Of a stretch of 64,000 nucleotides of DNA, positions 20,833-30,440 are shown in pieces; positions within the stretch are counted from its first letter, which is position 1, and the number at the start of each line of letters is the position of its first letter. The position numbers and the translations under genes were made by a program. The stretch is from Bryobacteraceae bacterium. Its GTDB lineage: Bacteria > Acidobacteriota > Terriglobia > Bryobacterales > Bryobacteraceae. Where the stretch lies: assembly GCA_040081855.1 (NCBI GenBank), contig JBEBFS010000002.1, positions 80,497-144,496 of the forward strand. Direction: 5' to 3'. Under the pieces are notes generated by a model. The model saw only the letters and a list, made by a program, of their open reading frames with translations, was not told the DNA's origin and did no database searches.

Positions 20833-21909
20833 CTAGATCGTCAGGAATTCCTTGGGCGTGGGAGTCAGGATCTCACAGCCGGTTTCGTTCACCAGCACCG
20901 TATCTTCGATCCGGATTCCCCCCTTTCCTTCTATATACGCGCCAGGTTCGATCGTAACGGCCATCCCCGGCTGCAAAATTGTTTCGTCGGTCCGTCCCAA
21001 ACGCGGCGGCTCATGGATTTCCAGACCCAAGCCATGACCGGTCGAGTGGACAAAAAACTTATCTAAACCATGCCTTTTCAGCACTTGGCGGGCGGCGCGG
21101 TCCACGCTTCCGGCGGTGGCTCCGGGCCGGACAGCGTCAATCGCGGCAAGCTGCGATTCGAGAACCGCGGCATACATCTGCTTCACTCGCCTTGGCGGTG
21201 TACCCAGGTGAACCACCCGCGTCATGTCGCTGGCGTATCCATCCAGGCACGCGCCCATATCGACTAATAATAGTTCATTCCCAACCAAGCGGTAGCCCGT
21301 CGGATGCGCATGCGGTAGGGCGGTTCGTTCACCGGCGGCAACAATCGTGTCGAAGGACGGTTTCTCCGCACCCAGCAGCTTCATCTGGTACTCCAGCTCC
21401 GCCGCGATGTCTGCTTCGCGTACACCGGGCCGGACGCGCTGGAGCACTTTTTCATACGCCGCCGAATTCACCTGCACACTGGCGCGGATCTTTTCGATTT
21501 CGGCTGCGGACTTCACCATCCGGAGGTTTTCAATCACGCCGCCAACCGGCACCAGTGACGCACCCAGCGGCAGTACCTCTTTCAGCTTTTGATATGCCTG
21601 AAAATTCGTTTGCGCAGCTTCGAAGCCGACCTTCTTGAGCCTTTTGCGCCGAATCACCTTCGACGCCTCTATGTACAAGGGCCCCTTGGCTACATGCACT
21701 TTTCCGCTCACTCCCCGCGTGGCCGCAATCGCGTAGCGGGGGTCCGTGAAGAAGTGCGTGTCCTTAGCGGTCAGCAGAATCAGACCGTTGGACCCATCGA
21801 ATCCAGAGAGATACCGGACGTTGGCAGGGGAAGCAATCAGCAAAGCATCCACTTTGCTTTCGCGGAGGCGGGCAGATACCGCCTGGCAGCGCTGGTCGGA
21901 TTCGGTCAA
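20833..21909 (-). CDS. pepP: Xaa-Pro aminopeptidase (M24B)
   Basis: Creatinase-like N-domain. M24 metal ligands in DMGACLDGYASDMTR, HSTGHGLGLEIHE, TIEPG, IRIEDTV. TTG start. Confidence 0.85.
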   Translation of the reverse strand: MTESDQRCQAVSARLRESKVDALLIASPANVRYLSGFDGSNGLILLTAKDTHFFTDPRYAIAATRGVSGKVHVAKGPLYIEASKVIRRKRLKKVGFEAAQTNFQAYQKLKEVLPLGASLVPVGGVIENLRMVKSAAEIEKIRASVQVNSAAYEKVLQRVRPGVREADIAAELEYQMKLLGAEKPSFDTIVAAGERTALPHAHPTGYRLVGNELLLVDMGACLDGYASDMTRVVHLGTPPRRVKQMYAAVLESQLAAIDAVRPGATAGSVDRAARQVLKRHGLDKFFVHSTGHGLGLEIHEPPRLGRTDETILQPGMAVTIEPGAYIEGKGGIRIEDTVLVNETGCEILTPTPKEFLTI

Positions 21910-22496
21910 GTCTTTAGTTTACCGCGAATTGAGCCTCCAAAGCATTTCTTAGATCGTCCGCGTTGGGCGTCCGATAAGCATCTCGTGACCGGACTTGGCC
22001 AGAGGGCGTTGCAACTTTTGGAAGCCGCGGAGGCCGCCTCCGACCGTGGCCTGCCCTGCTCGGACACCACCGTTCTGATTGACCACAACGGATCCCTCCA
22101 TTTAGCCATGGGCTCCGACTGGCCATTGGACTCCCTTCGGGTGCACCGTGGTGCAGAGGCTGCGTTCCGAGTTACTTCCGCAGAAGGGCGGATACGGGTC
22201 GATGGCTGCGATGGCCGCCATACCCTGCGAATGGAAGGAATCAGCCCCCAGACCGCCGTTCGTGCGCTTCTCACTGCAGGCTGCCCCCGATTTTAGTCGC
22301 CCGATTGGGCCTCCCTCGCTGCTCTGGCATTTTGGCGAGAAAGACACAAAACACTGGAAGATCTTCTAGTGTCAAATTCGGTAAACACTCCTCCTCCGGA
22401 GTCCGCCAAATGGCCGGCAGATGCGTGCAATTACGGGGCGGAACTACGTGTTCTCCGAAGTCCGGCTCGTTCATCAACCTGTTATACTTAGACCTT

Positions 22497-23489
22497 ATGA
22501 GCACCCCTCTGCAGAGTTCCCCGGGTGGAAGTGCGAAAAAAATCCTATTACTGCGTCCCAGAGGCTTTTGCGCGGGCGTGGTCCGGGCAATCGACGTGGT
22601 GAAAATCGCCCTCGATTTGTATGGCGCTCCCATCTACGTCCGCAAGGAAATCGTGCATAACAAACACGTTGTGGAGGAGTTGCGGGCGGCCGGTGCGATC
22701 TTCGTCGAGGAACTGAGTGAAGTGCCCGTTGGCGGTCGCGTGATCTTCAGTGCGCACGGGGTTTCCCCGGCGGTCCGGGCAGAAGCCAAACAGCGAAGTT
22801 TAAAAGTGATCGACGCAACCTGCCCCCTGGTCACCAAGGTGCATTTGGAGTCGCGGCGTTTTGCTCAACAAGGCTACTCCATCGTTTTGATCGGGCATAA
22901 GGATCATGATGAAGTGATTGGAACTTTGGGTGAAGCGCCGGACGTCACAGTACTCGTTTCGGTGCCTGAGGACGTCGATTCACTCGAACTCCGAGATCCG
23001 GAAAAAGTTTGCTACATCACGCAGACTACGTTGAGCCTGGATGAAACCAAGGACATCGTAGAAAAGCTGCAGGCCCGTTACCCGAAGATTCACAGCCCGG
23101 CTGCGCAGGACATCTGCTACGCCACGGAAAATCGCCAACTTGCTGTCAAGGCCGTCGCGCCGATGTGCGATCTCCTACTGGTCGTCGGTTCGCAGAACAG
23201 TTCCAATTCGCGCCGTCTGGTCGAAGTTTGTGAGAAGGCCGGCGTCCCGGCCCACCTCATCGACGATTGCAGCGAGGTCAACTCCGAGTGGCTCTCGAAA
23301 GCGGATACCGTGGCCATCACGGCCGGTGCTTCGGCTCCGGAAAACCTGGTGGAAGAATTGATTGATTCGCTGAAGTCGAAGGGCTACGGCGAGTTAGAAG
23401 AAGTGGAAATCAAGGAAGAGGACGTACGGTTCCACCTGCCGGCGGAACTGAATCGCACCGTACAGTTGCAACCTGTTGCGCGCGTATGA
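22497..23489 (+). CDS. ispH: 4-hydroxy-3-methylbut-2-enyl diphosphate reductase
   Basis: RPRGFCAGVVRAIDVV, FSAHGVSP, ATCPLVTKVH, VVGSQNSSNSRRL. ATG 22497 chosen inside the ORF that opens at 22305. Confidence 0.9.
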   Translation: MSTPLQSSPGGSAKKILLLRPRGFCAGVVRAIDVVKIALDLYGAPIYVRKEIVHNKHVVEELRAAGAIFVEELSEVPVGGRVIFSAHGVSPAVRAEAKQRSLKVIDATCPLVTKVHLESRRFAQQGYSIVLIGHKDHDEVIGTLGEAPDVTVLVSVPEDVDSLELRDPEKVCYITQTTLSLDETKDIVEKLQARYPKIHSPAAQDICYATENRQLAVKAVAPMCDLLLVVGSQNSSNSRRLVEVCEKAGVPAHLIDDCSEVNSEWLSKADTVAITAGASAPENLVEELIDSLKSKGYGELEEVEIKEEDVRFHLPAELNRTVQLQPVARV

Positions 23490-25411
23490 GTCCTAGTTTG
23501 CAAGTGAGCGATACCCAACTTTCCGCCTGCGCGCAGGCCGTGCGCAAAGCCGTACATTTTCTACTCGAAAAACAGCATAACGACGGATTTTGGTGGGCGG
23601 ATCTCACTGCCGATACCACGCTTGAATCTGACTACATTCTCCTGGAGCTGTGGCGCCATCCTCCCGTGAACGGCGTGTGGAATCCGCCGTCGCGTCCGCG
23701 CATTGAGCGCGCCGTGCGGTCGATTCTCGCCCGTCAGCTCCCCGATGGCGGCTTTAACATCTACGAAAAAGGTCCGTCGGAAATTAGCGCCAGCGTGAAG
23801 GCCTACACGGCACTGAAGCTGTCCGGCTTGACGCTCGAAGATGAACGCATGAAGCGCCTCTACGACCGCATCATCGCGCTCGGCGGATTGCAGGCGGCCA
23901 ACAGTTACGTCAAGGTGAACCTCAGCCTGTTCGGTTTGTATCCGCGCGAGTACACGCCGTCGATTCCACCCGAAGGCATGCTGCTTGGGCGCCTGATTTA
24001 CGAAATGTCTTCCTGGACGCGCGCCATCGTGATTCCGCTTTCGATTGTGCACGCGATGAATCCCATGCGTCCGGTGCCTGCTGGCTTCACCCTGGAAGAA
24101 CTTATCATCCCCGGCGTTTCGCTGGAGTTCCCCAACAACGAAGGTTTCTTCAGCTGGCGCAATTTCTTCCTGATGGCCGATAAGTTCCTGAAGTTCTGGG
24201 AAAAACATGGCTCCAAGGCGCTTCGCCTCCAAGCCATCCGCCGCGCCGAGCGCTGGATGCTGGAGCGCACGCGCTACACAGACGGCGTGGCGGCGATTTA
24301 TCCGCCCATGATGTACGTCATCATGGCGCTGGATCTTTTGGGCTACCCCAAGGATCACCCGGACAGGCAGGAAGCGGATCAACAGTTCTTTAACCTGCTG
24401 GTCGAGCGCGATAACGAATTCTTCTTCCAGCCCTGTTTCTCCGTTGTGTGGGACACCGGCATCGCCGGCTATGCGCTGGCGGAGTCCGGCGTAGCTCCCG
24501 ATCATGCGCTTGCCCGAGCCGCCGACTGGCTGGTGACCAAGGAAGTCCGCCGCAAAGGCGATTGGAGCGTGAAGCGCCCCAATGTTGAGCCTTCCGGCTG
24601 GTACTTCGAGTTCGCGAACGAATACTACCCCGATATCGACGACACCGCGCAGGTGCTGCTGGCCTTGGCTCGCGCGCAAGGTTCCGACACCACCAAGCAG
24701 AGCGCTTGTATGCAGCGCGCTGTAAACTGGCTGCTCGCGATGCAATCGAAAGACGGCGGCTGGGCGGCGTTCGACGTCGATAACAAGTGGGATTTCCTCA
24801 GTTCCGTTCCCTTCGCCGATCACAACGCGATGCTGGACCCAACCTGCCCGGACATTACCGGCCGCGTGCTCGAAGGTCTCTGCGCGTGCGGCGTGCGTTC
24901 CGATCATTCGGCCATCCGCCGCGGTGTCGAGTTCCTCAAAAAGACCCAGGAGCAGGACGGCAGCTGGTACGGCCGCTGGGGCGTCGATTACGTTTACGGC
25001 ACGTTCCTCGCTCTGCGTGGCTTAGAAGCCGCCGGTGAAAGCAATCGCGAAGTCTACGTCCTCCGCGGCGGTGAATGGCTGCGTTCCGTGCAGAACGGTG
25101 ACGGCGGGTGGGGCGAAAGCTGCGCCAGCTACGATCAGCACACGTTTGTTCCCGCGCAAAGCACGCCTTCGCAAACGGCTTGGGCAATTCTCGGCCTGCT
25201 GGCCAGTGGCGATACCACCAGCGATAGCATTCACAACGGCATTCAATATCTGATCGACACCCAACGCCCCGGAGGCGGCTGGGATGAAGAGCTTTCCACC
25301 GGGACCGGCTTCCCGGGCGTGTTCTACCTGAAGTATCACTATTACCGCCATTCGTTTCCCATACTGGCCATGTCCACGTATCTGAAGGCGAAGGCAGCGA
25401 ACGGAGTTTAA
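23486..25411 (+). CDS. shc: squalene-hopene cyclase
   Basis: Catalytic DxDD motif (YYPDIDDTAQ). Multiple QW repeats (QLPDGGF, QSKDGGW, QEQDGSWYGRWG, QNGDGGWGE, QRPGGGW). The ATG overlaps the ispH TGA (ATGA). Confidence 0.95.
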   Translation: MSPSLQVSDTQLSACAQAVRKAVHFLLEKQHNDGFWWADLTADTTLESDYILLELWRHPPVNGVWNPPSRPRIERAVRSILARQLPDGGFNIYEKGPSEISASVKAYTALKLSGLTLEDERMKRLYDRIIALGGLQAANSYVKVNLSLFGLYPREYTPSIPPEGMLLGRLIYEMSSWTRAIVIPLSIVHAMNPMRPVPAGFTLEELIIPGVSLEFPNNEGFFSWRNFFLMADKFLKFWEKHGSKALRLQAIRRAERWMLERTRYTDGVAAIYPPMMYVIMALDLLGYPKDHPDRQEADQQFFNLLVERDNEFFFQPCFSVVWDTGIAGYALAESGVAPDHALARAADWLVTKEVRRKGDWSVKRPNVEPSGWYFEFANEYYPDIDDTAQVLLALARAQGSDTTKQSACMQRAVNWLLAMQSKDGGWAAFDVDNKWDFLSSVPFADHNAMLDPTCPDITGRVLEGLCACGVRSDHSAIRRGVEFLKKTQEQDGSWYGRWGVDYVYGTFLALRGLEAAGESNREVYVLRGGEWLRSVQNGDGGWGESCASYDQHTFVPAQSTPSQTAWAILGLLASGDTTSDSIHNGIQYLIDTQRPGGGWDEELSTGTGFPGVFYLKYHYYRHSFPILAMSTYLKAKAANGV

Positions 25412-25415
25412 CGGC

Positions 25416-26528
25416 ATGAGAGTTCCACTTTCCCAAGTCGCCGATATGGCGACCTACATCGCCAAGAACAAGATGCGTCCCCGTCCGGAGTGGCAGGAAA
25501 ACCGCGCCACCGACGATACTGCAAATCCGTTCAAGATCGTGCATACCCAGGTTCCCTCGATTAAAAGCGAGCGGAAGCCGCATCCGATGATCCACAAGCG
25601 TTTCCCGCTGGTGATGATGCTAGAGCCGCTGCACGCCTGTAACCTCACCTGCACCGGCTGCGGCCGTATCCGCGAGTACGAATCCACTATTCGCGACCGC
25701 CTGTCCCTCGAACAGTGCCTCAAGGCCGTCGATGAATGCGGCGCGCCCATGGTTTCCATTTGCGGCGGCGAACCGCTGCTGTTGCCCGATATCGCCGAAA
25801 TCGTTGCGGGCATTCTCCAGCGCGGCCGTTACATTCAGCTCTGCACCAACGGCATGTTCCTGCGCAAACGTCTGAAGGACTTCACGCCGCACCCAGGTCT
25901 GGTCTTCAACGTCCACCTGGACGGCATGGAAAAGACCCACGATATGTGCGTGGAGCGCGAAGGCGTCTTCAAGGAAGCGATTGAAGGCATCAAGGCCGCC
26001 AAAGCCGCGGGCTTCAAGGTGTTCTCAAACACCACGGTTTATAGAGAGACCAACATGCAGGAAATTCGCGATTTGTACGAATTCCTGATGCAGCTAGGCG
26101 TCGACGGCCACGCAATTTCGCCGGCCTACGGCTACTCCGCCGTGGATGACCGCGAAATCTTCATGACGCGCGAAGACATCCACGAAAAGTTTAAGGACAT
26201 CGAGACCCTTTCGAAGAAGTTCCCGCTGGTCTCTTCGCCCGTCTACATGGAATTTCTGAAGGGCGATCGCGACCTGCCGTGCACCGCGTGGGGCATGCCC
26301 ACCTATAACGTCCGCGGCTGGAAAGGCCCGTGCTATCTCATCACGGATAAGCACTACGATACGTTTGAGGATCTGATGACCAAGACGCCGTGGGAGAGCT
26401 ACGGCACGGGTAACGATCCGCGCTGCGAAAACTGCATGGTGCACTGCGGCTATGAACCCTCGGCCGCCTACGGCGTGAATTCGAAGTTGAGCGATCCGTT
26501 CAAGTCTTTAAGCTGGCTGCTGCGGTAA
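25416..26528 (+). CDS. hpnH: adenosylhopane synthase (radical SAM)
   Basis: Radical SAM CNLTCTGC. HpnH-like length and C-terminal Cys-rich region (CENCMVHCGYE). Lies 4 nt after shc. Confidence 0.9.
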   Translation: MRVPLSQVADMATYIAKNKMRPRPEWQENRATDDTANPFKIVHTQVPSIKSERKPHPMIHKRFPLVMMLEPLHACNLTCTGCGRIREYESTIRDRLSLEQCLKAVDECGAPMVSICGGEPLLLPDIAEIVAGILQRGRYIQLCTNGMFLRKRLKDFTPHPGLVFNVHLDGMEKTHDMCVEREGVFKEAIEGIKAAKAAGFKVFSNTTVYRETNMQEIRDLYEFLMQLGVDGHAISPAYGYSAVDDREIFMTREDIHEKFKDIETLSKKFPLVSSPVYMEFLKGDRDLPCTAWGMPTYNVRGWKGPCYLITDKHYDTFEDLMTKTPWESYGTGNDPRCENCMVHCGYEPSAAYGVNSKLSDPFKSLSWLLR

Positions 26529-26568
26529 CTAGCATGGGCCGCGGCGCACAGCACGGCCTGGAGTTCTT

Positions 26569-27591
26569 TTGAAACCGATTCTCGTTACAGGAGCGACTGG
26601 CTTTCTCGGCTGGCATGTGGCCCGCAAGCTGATCGATGCCGGTCGCTCTGTTCGGGCTCTGGTTCGCAATCCGGCGGCAAATGGACCGGCGTTACGGGAG
26701 TTGCCGGGCGTGGACGTCCGAACCGGTGATCTCCGCGACGCCGATTCCCTGGCCCGCGCCGTGGAAGGCTGCGGCGTGGTGTATCATGTGGCGGCGGATT
26801 ACCGGCTGTGGGCACCGAAGCCGGAAGAAATGTACCGCTCGAATGTGGGCGGAACGAAGAACATGCTGGAGGCCGCGCGCAGGGCAGGAATCGAGCGCGT
26901 CGTCTACACCAGTACGGTCGGCTGTATCGGGTTTCCCCAAGGGGGCATCGGTACCGAAGAGACCCCGGTGAGTCTCGACGATATGAGCGGGCCCTACAAG
27001 CGGTCGAAGTTTCAGGCCGAAGTAGTTGCGCAAGAGTTTGCGAAGGAAGGTTTCCCGGTGGTGATCGTCAACCCGACGGCCCCCGTTGGAGATCACGATT
27101 TTAAGCCGACGCCTACTGGGAAGATGATTGTCGACTTCCTGCGAGGCAATATGCCGGCCTTTCTGGACACGGGATTAAACGTGGCCTACGCCGGTGACGT
27201 CGCCGAGGGTCACTTGGCGGCATGTGAGCGTGGGGTCCCCGGAGAGCGGTATATTCTGGGCGGAGAGAATCTGACGTTGCAGCAAATCTTCGATTCCCTG
27301 GCCATCGTCACCGGATTGAAAGCGCCCCGGATGCGGATTCCGTACGCGGTCGCCTATGCTGCGGGCATAGCGTCCACCGGGTGGGCCGCCGTGACAGGAA
27401 AGGAACCGCGGGCGCCCATTGATGCGGTCCGCATGGCGAAGAAGAAGATGTGGGCGAGTTCCGACAAGGCCGCCCGCGAATTAGGATATTCCGCGCATCC
27501 GGCGATCGAGGCCTTGCGCCACGCCGCCGAATGGTTCGCGGCGAACGGCTATTGTGAAAACCTGGCTTCTGGTCGCCGCCGAACGGCGTGA
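26569..27591 (+). CDS. hpnA: hopanoid-associated NAD-dependent sugar epimerase/dehydratase-family protein
   Basis: ILVTGATGFLGWHV Rossmann motif and a YKRSK catalytic dyad. Position in the hpn operon. TTG start with GGAG upstream. Confidence 0.8.
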   Translation: MKPILVTGATGFLGWHVARKLIDAGRSVRALVRNPAANGPALRELPGVDVRTGDLRDADSLARAVEGCGVVYHVAADYRLWAPKPEEMYRSNVGGTKNMLEAARRAGIERVVYTSTVGCIGFPQGGIGTEETPVSLDDMSGPYKRSKFQAEVVAQEFAKEGFPVVIVNPTAPVGDHDFKPTPTGKMIVDFLRGNMPAFLDTGLNVAYAGDVAEGHLAACERGVPGERYILGGENLTLQQIFDSLAIVTGLKAPRMRIPYAVAYAAGIASTGWAAVTGKEPRAPIDAVRMAKKKMWASSDKAARELGYSAHPAIEALRHAAEWFAANGYCENLASGRRRTA

Positions 27592-28231
27592 GTTCGATGG
27601 TTTGTTGGCCCGCTTCCAGGCGGCCGCGAGCGCAGTGAAACCGCTCGACTGGCCAGCCGTGCGGTTTGCGGCGGAAGTGCAGTGGAAGGGCGACCGTTGG
27701 TGGTTGATTGCAAACGGTCCCGGTCCGGAGTTGGTGAACCGGGCTTTGGCCATCGGTAGAGATGTGGACGGTGTCGTGAGCACGGGTTTTTGCGGCGGGC
27801 TCGATCCGGCGTTACGGATCGGCGAGATCGTGGTTTCCGGTGATCTGGAATTTTCAACCGATCACCCCGTCACGCACGGGCGAATTTACACGCATCACAT
27901 GGTGGCTTCCACCAAAGAGGCCAAACGGAAGCTGCGAGTGCAAACCGGTGCGACCGCCGTGGAGATGGAAGCCGACGCAGTAAAGCAGAAGGCGAGCGAA
28001 TGGGGCATCCCGTTCGGCTGCGTAAAAGTGGTTTCGGATACGGCGCTCGAGGACATGCCGCTGGATTTTAACCGGTATCGTTCGCCGTCGGGAGATTTTT
28101 CGCGAACACGGATCGCTCTGGCAGCCATGGCGCGGCCGTTTACGGTGATGCCGCGGCTGATGGAACTGGACCGCAACTGCCGCACGGCATCGGAGGCGTT
28201 AGGAGACTTTTTTGCAAACTGCAAACTCTAA
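27554..28231 (+). CDS. hpnG: hopanoid-associated phosphorylase / adenosylhopane nucleosidase
   Basis: PNP/MTA-nucleosidase-like sequence (GFCGGLDP, ATAVEMEADAV, VKVVSD). GTG start overlaps hpnA by 38 nt. Confidence 0.8.
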   Translation: MKTWLLVAAERREFDGLLARFQAAASAVKPLDWPAVRFAAEVQWKGDRWWLIANGPGPELVNRALAIGRDVDGVVSTGFCGGLDPALRIGEIVVSGDLEFSTDHPVTHGRIYTHHMVASTKEAKRKLRVQTGATAVEMEADAVKQKASEWGIPFGCVKVVSDTALEDMPLDFNRYRSPSGDFSRTRIALAAMARPFTVMPRLMELDRNCRTASEALGDFFANCKL

Positions 28232-29345
28232 GCAAACCGCGTCACGTCCGGAATCTTCGCCGGGCAGTTTGACGCCGCCGGTTGTGCGCGGGCCGATGAA
28301 GGCCGCCGTCTACAAAGGCAATAGCGTAGTGGACGTCGATTCCATCGCCGTTCCCGAAATTGGACGCGGCGAAGTTTTGATCCAGGTGGAATCCTGCGGC
28401 ATTTGCCACACGGACCTGAAGAAAATTGAATACAACCTGCTGCCCGGTCCGCGCATCTATGGTCATGAAACCGCTGGAGTGATTGCAGCCATCGGCGAGG
28501 GCGTCACCAAGTATCAGCCGGGTGACCGGGTGGTGGTGTTTCATCACATCCCCTGCGGAGAGTGCTTTTATTGCAGCAAGAAGTTATATGCCCAATGCCC
28601 CGTGTACAAGAAGGTGGGTGTGACGGCCGGCTACGAACCGGCGGGCGGCGGTTTCTCGCAGTACGTGCGAGTGATGGATTGGATTGTCGAAAGCGGTATT
28701 GAAAAGATTCCCGCCGGAGTTTCGTTCGATCAGGCGTGTTTCGTTGAGCCAGTGAACACCTGTGTCAAAGGTGTACATCAGGTGGACCCACATCCGGGTG
28801 ACGTGGTCGCCATCCTCGGCCAGGGACCCATCGGCCTGATCTTCACGATGATCGTCTCGCAGATTGGTTCGCGCATCGTGGCTACCGATACGATGGAATT
28901 CCGCCGGAAGCTCGCGCTGAAGTTCGGCGCGCACGAGGCGTTCGATCCGCGCGAAGCAACCTTCTCCCGCACGGTGAAGCAGATGACCGACGGGCGCGGC
29001 GCGGATATCGTCATCGTCGCTGCATCCGCGAAAGGTATTGTCGAACAGGCTGTGGAATGCTCGCGGCCGGGGGCAAAGATTTTGTTGTTCGCGCAAACTT
29101 CGCATCAGGAGCGGATCGAGGTTTCGGGCGCGGATATTTGCATGGGCGAAAGGATCTTGTGCGGTTCCTACAGCGCGTCTGTGGACGTGCAAAAAGAGTC
29201 CGCGGATCTGGTTTTTTCGGGCAAATTGCCCGTTGAGCAACTTGTGACGCACCGGTTCCCATTAACGGGCGTTCATGAGGGTATCGAGCGGGCGTTGCAT
29301 CCTGGGCCAGAATCGTTGAAGATCGTATTACAGCCCCAGAGGTGA
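28212..29345 (+). CDS. Zn-dependent medium-chain dehydrogenase/reductase (MDR, alcohol/polyol dehydrogenase family) 1
   Basis: GICHTDL, GHETAGVI, structural-Zn CGECFYCSKKLYAQC, NAD fold ILGQGPIGL. A TTG at 28212 has AGGAG 6 nt upstream; ATG at 28296 (MKAAVYKG) is an alternative start. Confidence 0.85.
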   Translation: MQTANSKQTASRPESSPGSLTPPVVRGPMKAAVYKGNSVVDVDSIAVPEIGRGEVLIQVESCGICHTDLKKIEYNLLPGPRIYGHETAGVIAAIGEGVTKYQPGDRVVVFHHIPCGECFYCSKKLYAQCPVYKKVGVTAGYEPAGGGFSQYVRVMDWIVESGIEKIPAGVSFDQACFVEPVNTCVKGVHQVDPHPGDVVAILGQGPIGLIFTMIVSQIGSRIVATDTMEFRRKLALKFGAHEAFDPREATFSRTVKQMTDGRGADIVIVAASAKGIVEQAVECSRPGAKILLFAQTSHQERIEVSGADICMGERILCGSYSASVDVQKESADLVFSGKLPVEQLVTHRFPLTGVHEGIERALHPGPESLKIVLQPQR

Positions 29346-30394
29346 GAAGAGTGACCGATCAGATGACGGCGGCCGTCCTGTACGGCAAAGAGCGCCTACA
29401 AATCGAGGTCGTCGATGTGCCCAAAATTGGCCCCGGCGATGTACTCGTGCGCGTACGCGCGGCGCTTACATGCGGTACGGATGTGAAAGTTTTCCGGCGT
29501 GGCTACCATGCGCGGATGATTGTGCCCCCGGCGTTGTTCGGCCATGAATTGGCGGGCGATATCGTCGCGGTGGGTAGCGACGTGAAACATTTCAAGGTGG
29601 GCCAGCGCGTGATGGCGGCCAACTCCGCCCCTTGCGGCACCTGCTACTACTGCAAGCACGACCAGGAAAACCTGTGCGACGATCTGTTGTTCAACAACGG
29701 CGCTTACGCGGAGTACATTCGCATTCCTGAGCGCATCGTTGAAAAGAATCTCCACTTGCTTGAGGACCACGTCGGCTATCAGGACGCCGCACTCGCCGAA
29801 CCGCTCGCTTGCGTTTTGAGCGGACTCGAAGATACGAATCTTCGCCAGGGCGACACCATCGCCATCATCGGCCTGGGTCCCATTGGAATGATGTTTGTCC
29901 GTCTGGCAAAAGCACTCTACGGCGCGCGCGTCATCGCCATCGGCCGCCGCCAACCGCAACTGGATCGCGCCAGGAACATGGGCGCCGATGAAACGATTTT
30001 GAACGACGGTTCCTCCGACGTCATCGCCGAAGTGAAATCGCTTACCGAAGGCCGTGGAGCGGACGTTGTTATCGAAGCCGTCGGCTTGCCGGAACTCTGG
30101 CAATTGGCCGTGCACCTGCTGCGCCGCGGCGGTGTGGTCAACTTCTTCGGCGGCTGTGCGACGGGAACGCAGGTTACGCTCGATACCCAACTGCTGCACT
30201 ATTCCGAAATAACGTGCCTCGCCAGCTTCCACCATACGCCGGCGCTGATGCGCAAGGCGCTCGACGCCATCAGCCGTGGCTACGTCACCGCGAAGGATTT
30301 CGTCAATGGCGTGGAGCCGCTCTCGAACCTGCTTGAAGTGATGCAGCACCTCATGAGCCATAACGGCCACCTGAAGACGGCGATCATCCCTTAG
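29342..30394 (+). CDS. Zn-dependent medium-chain dehydrogenase/reductase (sorbitol/threonine-dehydrogenase-like) 2
   Basis: LTCGTDVKV, GHELAGDI, CGTCYYCKHDQENLC, IIGLGPIGM. The GTG overlaps the stop of the previous MDR gene (GTGA). ATG at 29363 is an alternative start. Confidence 0.85.
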   Translation: MRRVTDQMTAAVLYGKERLQIEVVDVPKIGPGDVLVRVRAALTCGTDVKVFRRGYHARMIVPPALFGHELAGDIVAVGSDVKHFKVGQRVMAANSAPCGTCYYCKHDQENLCDDLLFNNGAYAEYIRIPERIVEKNLHLLEDHVGYQDAALAEPLACVLSGLEDTNLRQGDTIAIIGLGPIGMMFVRLAKALYGARVIAIGRRQPQLDRARNMGADETILNDGSSDVIAEVKSLTEGRGADVVIEAVGLPELWQLAVHLLRRGGVVNFFGGCATGTQVTLDTQLLHYSEITCLASFHHTPALMRKALDAISRGYVTAKDFVNGVEPLSNLLEVMQHLMSHNGHLKTAIIP

Positions 30395-30440
30395 GCTTGT
30401 GCACCTTCCTCCGGTAGGCTTCATCAAAAGCGCGTCCGAC

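Noticed and set aside
22237-22249. Minus-strand GGGGCTGATTCC...ATTCGCAGGG resembling the 5' end of tmRNA (ssrA)
   Set aside because: I found no tRNA-like 3' end (T-arm GGTTCGAxTCC and GCTCCACCA) anywhere within 500 nt downstream or elsewhere in the window. There is no plausible ...ALAA-stop tag frame. An 11-nt match alone is insufficient.
21985-22470. AAGTCCGG strings (minus strand near 21989, plus strand near 22458) reminiscent of the RNase P RNA GGAAAGTCCGGGCT box
   Set aside because: None of the other universally conserved RNase P blocks is present (ACAGAACCCGGCTTA, GGTAAGGGTGAAA...). The plus-strand copy runs straight into ispH coding sequence.
22305-22496. N-terminal extensions of track ORFs. 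Examples: ispH from 22305, ridA to 2858, mscL to 13885, purM to 44257, the acyl-CoA dehydrogenase from 43869, rfbD from 38052, the RRM gene from 59976, DUF423 from 32146, and the acetyltransferase to 54654.
   Set aside because: The extended N-termini are Arg/Ser/Pro-rich and non-homologous, and they often overlap a neighbouring gene. Internal starts reproduce the canonical family N-termini.
23561-24907. 448-aa ORF antisense to squalene-hopene cyclase. Similar long antisense ORFs occur at 5864..6880, 16110..16994, 29396..30442, 33711..35192, 36437..37417, 41138..41959, 43421..44278, 46789..47676 and 60787..61878.
   Set aside because: In every case the partner strand carries a gene with clear family motifs. 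The antisense translation is low-complexity (R/H/A/G-rich) without signal peptides or domains.
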